Assembly (NCBI GenBank): GCA_964436465.1
Contig: CAYTCV010000004.1
Coordinates: forward strand, 1,196 to 65,195
Length of the DNA: 64,000 nucleotides
Source of the DNA: an uncultured bacterium
Lineage (GTDB): Bacteria > RBG-13-66-14
Direction: 5' to 3'
Of the stretch, positions 53,873-63,039 are shown one piece after another (positions within the stretch are counted from its first letter, which is position 1; every line of letters starts with the position of its first letter). Both the position numbers and the translations under genes were made by a program. The notes under the pieces were generated by a model that had not been told where the DNA came from, made no database searches, and saw only the letters and a program-made list of their open reading frames with translations.

Positions 53873-55195
53873 TTGGGAAAGGCCACATCATCACCGGGTC
53901 TGCGGAACGTCAGCGTTACGAAGAACTACATCCTCCTAATCGCGGCCATCTTCTCCGCGGAGCTGGGGTACGGAATCGTCATCCCGGCGCTCCAGCTTTA
54001 CTCGACGAAGGTCCTGGGCGCCACGGTGGGCCTGGTCGGGGTGGCCATCGCGGCCTTCCCCTTCACCAACACCTTCCTGAAAATCTTCGGCGGCTCCCTG
54101 GCCGACCGCTACGGGCGGCGGCTGATGATTGCCATCGGCCTGACCATCTCCTGTCTGAGCCCCCTCCTTCTCTCATTAATAAACGTCTCCTGGCTGATTT
54201 GGCTCTACATCCCCATCCGCGCCATGGACGGCACGGGGAACTCGGTCATCTGGCCGGCGGCCAACGCCATGGTGGCCGACATGATGGGGCGCAAGCGCCG
54301 CGACGCCGCCCTGGGTGTGCTGAACCTGAGCTTCGCCCTGGGCTCCGGCGTCGGGCCGGCCATCGGGCTGTATCTCATGGACTGGTTCGGGGGCATCGAG
54401 GGAGGGGGCGCCAAGTGGACCTTCTGGTCTGCGTCCATCCTCATCGGCCTGACGGCGCTCGGGGCGTTCCTCTTCATGCAGGAAACCCTGCGGCGGCGGC
54501 GGAAGGAACCGGTAAAAAGCCTGCCCCGGGCCGAGGTGGTTCGTAACTGGTGGAGGGAGCTGGGGCAGGCCCTGTCCGCCCTCTACAAGAACGGCAAGCT
54601 CCTGGCACTCTCCCTCCAGGGCTTCATCAACATGTTCATCGTCGGCATCAACACGAGCGTCCTGGTGTTCTACGCCGACAACGTGCTGAAGCTGCAAACC
54701 TACCAAATCGGCTTCGGCTTTTTGTTTTTATCCCTCTCGACGATTCTGTGCGTGTACCCGGCGGGACGTTACGCCGAGCGCATCGGCCGCAAGTACCTGA
54801 TGATTTTCGGGATGTTCCTGGTCTCGTCGGCCATGGTCATGCTGCCCTTCATCACCCGGGCCGGGTTCTACTACACCATGATGCTCATGTCGGGGGCGGG
54901 CGTGGCGATGATTCTGCCGAGCTGGATGAGCCTTACCGTGGAGAACATGCCGCTGCGCGGCCGGGCCACGGTGCTGGGCGGTGTGGGCACCATCACCTCC
55001 TTCGGCCTGGTAATCGGCCCCATCGTCGCCGGCTACCTTTACGAGGGGGTCGCCCCCCAGGCGCCGTTCTTCTTCGCCGCGGCCCTCATCGCGGCCAACG
55101 CCGTCTTCATCACCTACGTTTTCCGCGACCATCACGAGCGCAACCGCTACCGGCGGGCCGAGTACCGCTCGCCGTACTACGTGCCCCGGGACTGA
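53873..55195 (+). CDS. MFS transporter
   Basis: 12 TM helices; GGSLADRYGRR MFS signature loop. Confidence 0.8.
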   Translation: MGKATSSPGLRNVSVTKNYILLIAAIFSAELGYGIVIPALQLYSTKVLGATVGLVGVAIAAFPFTNTFLKIFGGSLADRYGRRLMIAIGLTISCLSPLLLSLINVSWLIWLYIPIRAMDGTGNSVIWPAANAMVADMMGRKRRDAALGVLNLSFALGSGVGPAIGLYLMDWFGGIEGGGAKWTFWSASILIGLTALGAFLFMQETLRRRRKEPVKSLPRAEVVRNWWRELGQALSALYKNGKLLALSLQGFINMFIVGINTSVLVFYADNVLKLQTYQIGFGFLFLSLSTILCVYPAGRYAERIGRKYLMIFGMFLVSSAMVMLPFITRAGFYYTMMLMSGAGVAMILPSWMSLTVENMPLRGRATVLGGVGTITSFGLVIGPIVAGYLYEGVAPQAPFFFAAALIAANAVFITYVFRDHHERNRYRRAEYRSPYYVPRD

Positions 55196-55205
55196 CGGGA
55201 GGGAG

Positions 55206-55655
55206 ATGACCGAGCTCAAGGTCGGAGATGCCGTCCCCGCCTGGCGGACCGTCGCCGACGACGGCCGCGAGGTGGAAAGCGCCGCGCTGGCGGGCAGGCG
55301 CTACGTGCTCTACTTCTACCCCCGCGACGACACGCCCGGGTGCACGCGGGAGGCCTGCGATTTCCGCGACAGCTTCGCCCGCCTCAAAGGCGCCGGGGTG
55401 GAGGTTTTCGGGGTGTCCACCGACCCGGTCGCCCGGCATAAGAAATTCAAGCAAAAACACGCCCTGCCCTTCATGCTGCTGGCCGACCCGGAGAAGAAAC
55501 TGGTCGCCGCCTTCGGCGCCGAGGGGAGCCTTTCCACCGCCCGGCGCATGACTTTTTTAATCTCACCCGACGGCCGCGTCGAAAAAATCTGGCCCCGGGT
55601 GAAGGTGAAGGGACACGTGGAGGAAATTCTGCGGGCGCTGGAACAGACGGGCTGA
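55206..55655 (+). CDS. bcp: Thiol peroxidase Bcp (peroxiredoxin, AhpC/TSA family)
   Basis: YFYPRDDTPGCTREACDFRD peroxidatic/resolving Cys motif; 149 aa. Confidence 0.9.
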   Translation: MTELKVGDAVPAWRTVADDGREVESAALAGRRYVLYFYPRDDTPGCTREACDFRDSFARLKGAGVEVFGVSTDPVARHKKFKQKHALPFMLLADPEKKLVAAFGAEGSLSTARRMTFLISPDGRVEKIWPRVKVKGHVEEILRALEQTG

Positions 55656-55698
55656 CGCATTTGAGCCGCCGCGCTTTTTAGTATATTAAACGGCCCCC

Positions 55699-55722
55699 CC
55701 GGGGCCTTTTTCACGTCATCCG
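55699..55722 (+). terminator. Rho-independent terminator after bcp
   Basis: GGCCCCCCCGGGGCCttttt read directly. Confidence 0.55.
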
Positions 55723-55725
55723 GCC

Positions 55726-58599
55726 CTACTTCCCCTCCTCGAACCTCCGCCGGTCCAGGCTCACGGAGAGCATCGCGGCCGTGGCGAACAGGTCCCGCAT
55801 CGCCGGACGGCTGAGGAAGGAACGCCGGTGCCGGGCCTGTGTCAGGTCGCCCAAAACCACCTCCAGCTCGTCCATGGCGCTCTTGAGTGAATTCTTCGCC
55901 GCCGGCCTGTCCCCCTGGACCAGATGGGCGCGTCCCATCAGGTGGTAGAGCAGGGCCTGGTGGACGGGATTACCGCTTTTTTCGTCGAGCACCATGGCCC
56001 GCCGGGCCAGGTCCAGTGCCTTATCGGCGTCGCCCAGCGCCAGTTCGGCCTCCGCCAACCCCTGTATAAAACCCGCCCGTTGTATATCCGAGCCCAGGCC
56101 CTCCAACCGGGGCAGGGCCTCTTCCAGGAGTTCCTTCGCGCGTTGCGGCCGCCGGGTCATCACCATGATTTCCGCCAGATGCTGGACGGCCTTCAGTTCC
56201 CACGCCAGCATGGACGTCTCCTGAAATCCGCGCAGAGCCATCGTCACGAGGTCCTCGGCCAGTTCGAGGTTTTCCTGCTCCCGGGCCACCCGCCCCATGA
56301 CGAAGAGCAGGATGCGGCGGTAGGAACTTTCCTCGGACAACCGGACCTTGAGCCCGTCCAGGGTGGCCAGCGCCTCGGCCGCCAGCCCCAGGTTCACCCG
56401 CGCCAATCCCAGGTTCAGCTCCACGGAACTGAGGTACGTGGTGTATCGCGTACCGGCGAAGTACGCCCGGCACCGCTCCAGGCAGTCGAGGGCGGATTCC
56501 AGCCTCCCCCAATTCAGGTAAATCATGCCGAGATTGTTCAGGATGGTCATCCGCTCGTGGGGCGCCCTCACCCTGTCGAATATCGGCAGGCATTCGAGGT
56601 GGAGGTCCGCCGCCTCGCCGAACCGCCCCTGGAGATAAAGGATGTTGGCCAGGCCCAACTTGGCGTCGACCAATCCCCGGAGGTCGCCTCTCTTTCGGGC
56701 GCGCTCCGCCGCCCCGCGGAGCTGTTTCGCGGCCTCCTCCAGCCGGCCCAGGTGCCGATTGATGTTACCCAGGTCGATTTCAGCCGATACCCCCAACCAG
56801 GTTATTCCGCCGCGTTTCACCGCCTTGACCAGGTCGGCGAGGATTTTCCCCGCCTCCTCGAGCTTCCCGCCACGCTTCAGTTGTTTGGCCTTCATCAGCT
56901 TCTTCACATACCCGATGCCGTCCTGCTCGGGAAAGCCCATCAGCTCATCCACCAGGGACCCATCCCGCTCGAGGTCGCCCAGGGTGTCCTGGATGTCCAC
57001 GGCCCGGCGAAGGGCCAGCGCCCCCTCCCGCTTTCCGCCGAACCGCTCCGCGGACTCTCGAAAGCAACGGACCGCGTCGTCGGTCTCGCCCCTCGCCTCG
57101 TGGACGGCCCCCCGGAGGAGACATTCCCGACCCGCGAAGTGGTCGTCCTCCGCCGAGAGTGATTCACGGACGACATCCAGAAGCCGGAACGCCGAATCGA
57201 ACCTGAGGAGCTCTATATCGGCCCGGGCAAGGAGCAGCCGGGCCTCCAGGCTCAGCCATTTATCCCGACCCCTGGCTGCGATACCCTCCGCCAGGGGCCC
57301 CAGGAAGTGGGTGGTGGGGAAGAAGCCCGCTCGGTGCAGTCTCTTCAGTACATCGACCAATCCGGCCAGAGCCTCGTCGTCACGGTCGACGAGCGAGAGG
57401 CGCTTCACCCGGAAGTAGTCCTCGACGAAGCTCCGCCCCGGTTCGATTTCCGCGGACAGCCCGGCCCGGATTACCTCATCCATCAACTCACCGGCAAAAT
57501 CCGCTATCCACCCGCCGAAACGCGGCACTCGGAGCGTGTAAGCCGTATCCACCCGCTCGCAGAAGAACCTTCCGGTCAGCTCACCCAGCAGCTTCTCCAC
57601 CCGTTTCTTTCCGAGACCGGTGCCCCGCGCGACGCCCGCCACCGATTGCGGGCGCTCCTCTGCAGCCAGGGCGCACAGGACCTTCTTCTCTTCCTCCTTC
57701 AGCCTCTCCCAGCGGTACATGAACAGTTGAATGGGAGTCTTCGCCGTGAGAAGGCGGTTTTCGAACACGCCTCCCAGGTCCAGCTCGTAGTACGCCCGCA
57801 ACTGCTCGGCGTAAATCCGGCTCCGGGGCAGCTCCGCCAGAAAATGCTCGAGCTGCGCCGGGTTGAGCCTCCGATGGAGCTCTTCCCCGAGGTTTCCCAA
57901 CTCCCCGCCCCGGACCCGGGGCAGGTATCGCAGGTGGAGGCTGTCCACCCGGTCGAAGCACTCGGAAGAAACGGCGCCGACGGTCCCCCCCAGAACCAGA
58001 AGAAGAGGCGTATGGCTCCTCTCGCTCATCAACCTCTCCAGAACCGCCAGGGTCTCCAGGTCCCCCCCGCCCTCGGTGTTGTCCGCGAAAACCGCCGTGG
58101 GCCCTTCCATGACCCGTCCGAGAAGCTCGATGGTATAATCCACCCGAGTCCAGCGCAGTCCGGTCGGGTCGAGCGCTTCGCTCCCGGATTCCCCGTCGAC
58201 GGACCCGGCGTAGCCCTCTTCGAGCAGGTGGAGGTTTCCCGCCATGTCGGCGGGGAGCAATTCCGCCAGCTTGGCCCAGGGGGTAAAGCCCTCCACGAGC
58301 GTCCGGGCCAGGCTCAAGGGTTCCACCACCCCGCCCCGGCCGGCGGTTCGGATTACCCTGAACCCGGTCTTTTCGGCAAAGGCGGCCAGCGCATCCCGGA
58401 AGGCGGCGCCGTCGCCCCCCATCTCCCCGGCGCATTCGATGAGAAAAGCCTTCCGCCGGGCGGCGTTCAGGCTCTCCTCGAAGATTTTATCCAGACCGGG
58501 GTCCGCGCCGGGCAGGTCGTTGACCAGTCGGTACTTCCGCCTACCGGAAATACCGGCCGGATGACGGAACTCGGGTGGCAGTTTCGATTTATACGGCAT
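55726..58599 (-). CDS. Large TPR-repeat protein with N-terminal NTPase-like/winged-helix region (MalT/STAND-like architecture, P-loop apparently degenerate)
   Basis: 957 aa. C-terminal ~500 aa are repeated TPR helices (many LxxAxxxY/L-type repeats). N-terminal ~400 aa has no intact GxxxxGK[ST]. Confidence 0.5.
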   Translation of the reverse strand: MPYKSKLPPEFRHPAGISGRRKYRLVNDLPGADPGLDKIFEESLNAARRKAFLIECAGEMGGDGAAFRDALAAFAEKTGFRVIRTAGRGGVVEPLSLARTLVEGFTPWAKLAELLPADMAGNLHLLEEGYAGSVDGESGSEALDPTGLRWTRVDYTIELLGRVMEGPTAVFADNTEGGGDLETLAVLERLMSERSHTPLLLVLGGTVGAVSSECFDRVDSLHLRYLPRVRGGELGNLGEELHRRLNPAQLEHFLAELPRSRIYAEQLRAYYELDLGGVFENRLLTAKTPIQLFMYRWERLKEEEKKVLCALAAEERPQSVAGVARGTGLGKKRVEKLLGELTGRFFCERVDTAYTLRVPRFGGWIADFAGELMDEVIRAGLSAEIEPGRSFVEDYFRVKRLSLVDRDDEALAGLVDVLKRLHRAGFFPTTHFLGPLAEGIAARGRDKWLSLEARLLLARADIELLRFDSAFRLLDVVRESLSAEDDHFAGRECLLRGAVHEARGETDDAVRCFRESAERFGGKREGALALRRAVDIQDTLGDLERDGSLVDELMGFPEQDGIGYVKKLMKAKQLKRGGKLEEAGKILADLVKAVKRGGITWLGVSAEIDLGNINRHLGRLEEAAKQLRGAAERARKRGDLRGLVDAKLGLANILYLQGRFGEAADLHLECLPIFDRVRAPHERMTILNNLGMIYLNWGRLESALDCLERCRAYFAGTRYTTYLSSVELNLGLARVNLGLAAEALATLDGLKVRLSEESSYRRILLFVMGRVAREQENLELAEDLVTMALRGFQETSMLAWELKAVQHLAEIMVMTRRPQRAKELLEEALPRLEGLGSDIQRAGFIQGLAEAELALGDADKALDLARRAMVLDEKSGNPVHQALLYHLMGRAHLVQGDRPAAKNSLKSAMDELEVVLGDLTQARHRRSFLSRPAMRDLFATAAMLSVSLDRRRFEEGK

Positions 58600-58693
58600 G
58601 GCGCTATACGAAGGCTTTAGCTCAATTTAACACGTCTTTCACCTAATGTAAATTTACTTTCCCCCTTCCCCAAAGCCCACACGCGGTCGCACG

Positions 58694-59629
58694 ATGACTG
58701 AAACCGTATCAATCCGAACCGGCGTCGTCTTCCTCGGCGGTCCGACGGCCGTCGGCAAGGGCGCCATTGCCGCCCGCCTCGCCGGTGTTCTCTCCATCGA
58801 GCTGGTCCTGTGCGATTCGGTCAAGGTCTACCGGGGGCTGGAAATCGGGGCCAACAAACCCCCGCCCGAACTGCGCGCCGGGTTGCCCATTCACATGGTG
58901 GACGTGTGCGACCCCACCGAAAGGTTCTCCGCCGGCCGGTATGCCCGTCTGGCGACCGAGGCCGTAGCGGGAATCCACCGACGGGGTCGGCTACCGCTGG
59001 TCGTCGGCGGGACGCTCCTCTTCGCCCGGGCCCTTCTCGACGGCCTGAGCGGGGCCCCGGAAACGGACCCCGAAATCGAGCGCGGACTGGAAGCACTCGG
59101 GACCGAGGAATTGGCGGAAAGGCTCCGGCGGAGTGACCCGGTCTCGGCCGACCGCATCCATCCCCACGACCGTCAGCGTCTCATCCGGGCCCTGGCGGTC
59201 CACCTCCAGACGGGACGGGGGCTTTCCGATTGGAATAACGAGCCTGCGTCCCGCCCGTTCGAGGGACCGGTGGTCCGGCTCGCCCTCGTCCGTCCCCGGG
59301 ACGAGCTCTACGGCAGAATCAACGACCGCGCCCGCCGTATGTACGCGCGGGGCCTGGTGGAGGAGGTGCGGGGACTCATCGAATCGGGCGTCCCGTATTC
59401 GGCGCCCGCCCTGGAGTCCATCGGGTACACCCAGGCGGCGGCGTGCCTGCGCGGGGAAATTTCTCCCGAGCGGGCAATCGAGGACACAGCCACGGCGACG
59501 CGCAGGCTGGCCAAACGCCAACTGACCTGGCTCCGCTCCGATTCGCGGTTCGAGATGCTCAAAACGGACGCCAACGGTGAGGAGTCGGCCTACGACGCAC
59601 TGGCGCGTCGTCTCGGAGCGATTTCTTGA
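58694..59629 (+). CDS. miaA: tRNA dimethylallyltransferase
   Basis: P-loop GPTAVGKG, then LVLCDSVKVYRGLEIGANKP (DSxQVYR motif). Confidence 0.9.
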   Translation: MTETVSIRTGVVFLGGPTAVGKGAIAARLAGVLSIELVLCDSVKVYRGLEIGANKPPPELRAGLPIHMVDVCDPTERFSAGRYARLATEAVAGIHRRGRLPLVVGGTLLFARALLDGLSGAPETDPEIERGLEALGTEELAERLRRSDPVSADRIHPHDRQRLIRALAVHLQTGRGLSDWNNEPASRPFEGPVVRLALVRPRDELYGRINDRARRMYARGLVEEVRGLIESGVPYSAPALESIGYTQAAACLRGEISPERAIEDTATATRRLAKRQLTWLRSDSRFEMLKTDANGEESAYDALARRLGAIS

Positions 59630-59722
59630 CCTCGGAGATTGCGTTCTGCTAGAATCAAAATACTGAAAGTTGACCCAATTATTGGTATTACGGGGTATCC
59701 CACCCCCCGGAAAGGGGCAGAG

Positions 59723-62716
59723 ATGCGCCTGACCCATTTTGCCGTCTTTCTCATCGGGCTGTGCACCATCGCCACCATAGGTTGCGGCGCCAGCAGCGAC
59801 GAGCTCATAACCTCGGTCGTAACCGCCGAGGATGCCCGCACCAGACTCATCGCCCGGGATGAAATCGTCAAGCTCGGCGAGGAAGGAGTGGACGTCTTCG
59901 CCAAGCTCCTCGACTTCGCGACCGTGCGCAACCTGTTCGAGACCCAGGTGTCCCCCGCCCGTCTCTCGGAGATGGACGAGGAGGCCATCATGCGGGAGGT
60001 GACGGACATCCGCCTCACCGCGGTCCGGGGCATGGCCGCCATCGGCTCCATCTCCGCGACCCAACCGCTCATAGACGCCTCTTACTACCCGGAATCCCAG
60101 ACCGAGAACCTGGGGGAACCCATCCCCATCGGGGATGACGAGCTTTCCATCGAACTGGCGGCCCAATTCCGCTGTGAGGTGATGACCGCCCTCGGCCAAC
60201 TGGCCTTCGGCTCCGAGAAGGAGCGCGAGGAGGCCATAGACCTCTTCTCGTACGGAGCGAACGACCCCGACCCCGGCGTCCGCATCTGCACCGCCGGTTC
60301 CCTGGCGGCCCTCCACCTCTACGAATCGGGCTACTTCCTCAAGCAGCTCGCCGAGGACAAAGTGGCCGGAGTCCGCGCCGCGACCTTTAACGCCATCCAT
60401 ACCATCGGGACCTACTACATCGCGCACACCGCACAGTCACTTTCCTACGGAGACGAGAAAACGGCCGAGCTCGACCGGCAGAACCTGAAGACGCTGAAGG
60501 ACTCGGTCTACCAGCACTGCATCGACGCGCTGGCGGATACGGAGACCTCTGTCCGCGTCCCGGCCATCCACGCTCTGGACATTTTCGACGACCCGACGTC
60601 CGTTACGCCGCTCGTGCGCTACCTGTCCGACGCCAACGAGAACGTCCGCGTCGCCACCGTAAACGCCCTCGCGAGTTTCGATAACGACGAGGGGAAGAAG
60701 GCCGTCGAGAAGGCCGTCGTCGCCGCCCTCGGCGAGGTCGACCCGCAGAGACGGATGATGGCCGCGATGGTTCTCGGACGGATGCGCACCGGCGGCGACG
60801 CGATGGAAGCGGCGCTCCTGAAACCCGGCGAGCTCTGGTTCGTCAAGCTCCAGTTGATTAACTCACTGTCCAACCTCGACAACCAGGATTACCTGGGCAC
60901 CATCAACGGCTTCCTGGACGACCCCGACCGCGACGTGAGGATAGCCGCCATCGGCGCCGTGGGCTCCCTGGGCAGCGCCGAGGACCTCGACCGCCTCTTC
61001 GGATACGCCGTCGAAGATGAGACCCTCATCCCCGCCGTCACCCACGCCATCGCCTCCATCGCCGATTACGGGGAGCTCCAGCCCTACCTCGGAACGGACA
61101 ATGAGGAGCTCATCCGCCTCATCGCCATCAACACTCTTTCGATGCGCAGCGACTCCGAAACACCGGCGCCCCCCATGCTGGTGGAACTCTTCAAAGACCC
61201 GGACATCCAGATTGTGAGGGCCTCCCTCGACACCGTCAGCCACTATTACTTCAGGGATAGCAAAGACGAGCTCGCGGCGCTGGTCGAGCGGGGTGAGGAC
61301 GATTACACCGTTTTCGACGAAACGAAGAACAGCTTCGACGGACTGTCCTCGAGCCTGGGCGACATCTACTTCGTCAAGATGCGGGCCGCCTCCATGCTGG
61401 CATCCTTCGACAACCGAGACGGCATAAACTACTTCATCGACATGCTTTCCGACCCCAGCGTCGGCCGGCGTCTCATCGGCGTGGCCTGCCTGGGGAACAT
61501 CGGTCACACCCGCGGCGTGATGCCCACGGTGGGGCTCTTGAACGACGGCTCCGACTACGTCCGCTGGGGCGCCGCCCAGGTACTCGGTATATTCGCCGAT
61601 ACACGGACCACCGGCTTCCTGGGCCAGGCCCTTCAGGATTCAAGCCCCTGGGTGCAGGAGAGCGCCATCGAATCCCTCCTGGCCATCGGCGACAAGAACA
61701 CCATCGACGCGGTGCACGACGTACTCGCCTCGAACTCCGCGCCGTCGGTGAAGGTGGCCGCCCTGGACTTCATCTCCCGCATGGGGGATAAACGCATGGC
61801 CGACGAAATCGCCGGTTATCTTAAGGACGAGGACGACGCCGTCCGCTACGGTGCCGCCGTCTGCCTTACCCGGCTCAACGACGAGCAGGGACGCGGAATC
61901 GAATTCCTGAAAGGGGAACTCGACTCCACCCGCATCCTGACCATCGACCCCGGTCTCCCCCCCATCACGCCCCTCGGAGCCGGCATCGAGCTCCTGGCCG
62001 CCGAGCTGACCGGCACCCCGGAGAGTCAAATCGAAGAGCTGACCACCGAGCCGCATGATATCGTCGCCTGGGCTTATGCGACCCAGACTCTCACCGGGGA
62101 TACGGCGTCCACCGACACCTACGCCATCGTGGCCGAAAAAGCACTGCAGACCGACTACCTGCGTCAGGGGCTGCTGGACAACATCGCCCAGTATCGTCCC
62201 ACCGCCTACGCCGCCTTCGAACCTTACCTCGATAACGAAGACGCCGGGGTACGGCAGCTCGGGTACACGATTCTGACGCGAATCGGGGGCGACAAGGTCC
62301 TGGACCGGCTGACCGAGCAAATCAGCGCTTACCCCGAGGACGCCCCCCTGCTCATCGCCGCCCTGGACGACCTGGGAGCCAAATCTTACCTGCGCCGCCT
62401 GTTCAGCAACGGCGACGAATCCATTCGGGTTCTGGTGGCCGAGCGCATCGCGGGCTGGAAGGATAAACGCATGCCCCTCATCTGGGGGCAAATCGCCACC
62501 GAGGACCAGAGCCTGGCCGTGAGGCTGACCGTTCTGGGCTCCCTGGCCGACGACCCCACCGGCGTGGGCCGGGCCTATCTGACGCAAATCATCGAAGCCC
62601 CCGATTCGCCCCCCGAGCTGGTCCGGGCGGCGAGGGACGCGCTGGCCGGCGTGGAACAGCCCGTGCCCGCGACGGCTGAAACGCCGGCGCCCGAGACGAC
62701 CGAAACGCCCGCCTGA
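59723..62716 (+). CDS. HEAT/PBS-lyase-like repeat lipoprotein (~997 aa)
   Basis: Start MRLTHFAVFLIGLCTIATIGC (lipobox). More than 15 repeats of the ~30-aa pattern ...VRxxAxxALGxIGD/S..., typical of HEAT_2/PBS-lyase repeats. Confidence 0.65.
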   Translation: MRLTHFAVFLIGLCTIATIGCGASSDELITSVVTAEDARTRLIARDEIVKLGEEGVDVFAKLLDFATVRNLFETQVSPARLSEMDEEAIMREVTDIRLTAVRGMAAIGSISATQPLIDASYYPESQTENLGEPIPIGDDELSIELAAQFRCEVMTALGQLAFGSEKEREEAIDLFSYGANDPDPGVRICTAGSLAALHLYESGYFLKQLAEDKVAGVRAATFNAIHTIGTYYIAHTAQSLSYGDEKTAELDRQNLKTLKDSVYQHCIDALADTETSVRVPAIHALDIFDDPTSVTPLVRYLSDANENVRVATVNALASFDNDEGKKAVEKAVVAALGEVDPQRRMMAAMVLGRMRTGGDAMEAALLKPGELWFVKLQLINSLSNLDNQDYLGTINGFLDDPDRDVRIAAIGAVGSLGSAEDLDRLFGYAVEDETLIPAVTHAIASIADYGELQPYLGTDNEELIRLIAINTLSMRSDSETPAPPMLVELFKDPDIQIVRASLDTVSHYYFRDSKDELAALVERGEDDYTVFDETKNSFDGLSSSLGDIYFVKMRAASMLASFDNRDGINYFIDMLSDPSVGRRLIGVACLGNIGHTRGVMPTVGLLNDGSDYVRWGAAQVLGIFADTRTTGFLGQALQDSSPWVQESAIESLLAIGDKNTIDAVHDVLASNSAPSVKVAALDFISRMGDKRMADEIAGYLKDEDDAVRYGAAVCLTRLNDEQGRGIEFLKGELDSTRILTIDPGLPPITPLGAGIELLAAELTGTPESQIEELTTEPHDIVAWAYATQTLTGDTASTDTYAIVAEKALQTDYLRQGLLDNIAQYRPTAYAAFEPYLDNEDAGVRQLGYTILTRIGGDKVLDRLTEQISAYPEDAPLLIAALDDLGAKSYLRRLFSNGDESIRVLVAERIAGWKDKRMPLIWGQIATEDQSLAVRLTVLGSLADDPTGVGRAYLTQIIEAPDSPPELVRAARDALAGVEQPVPATAETPAPETTETPA

Positions 62717-62768
62717 CCGGACTTATTCCGGCCGGGGTTTTCCACCCGTCAAACGGTTTATATGCCTA

Positions 62769-62797
62769 AAGACCCCGTAGAACGCGGGGTCTTTTTC
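62769..62797. terminator. Terminator hairpin 1 in the convergent intergenic region (HEAT gene + / infB -)
   Basis: GACCCCGtagaaCGCGGGGTCttttt read directly. Confidence 0.5.
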
Positions 62798-62828
62798 TAT
62801 ACCGGTGCAAACCTTCGGGTGGCGGAAC

Positions 62829-62856
62829 AGGCCCCGTGGAAAGCGGGGTCTTTTTC
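62829..62856. terminator. Terminator hairpin 2, near-duplicate of hairpin 1
   Basis: GGCCCCGtggaaaGCGGGGTCttttt; about 22 of 27 nt identical to hairpin 1. Confidence 0.5.
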
Positions 62857-63039
62857 AGGGGGCGGTTCTCGACTCCACGGTATCGGTAATAAATCCGTCA
62901 TCGGCGGCTGGATTCCCGCGACCGTTGAAAAGCGCCACGGACACCCTCGGCGTAAAAAAAGCGGCTCAAAGAACCGCACACGCTGGCCCCGCATTTTATC
63001 AAGCTAAAACAACCAGCCCCAAACCGTTCACCGGCCAAC

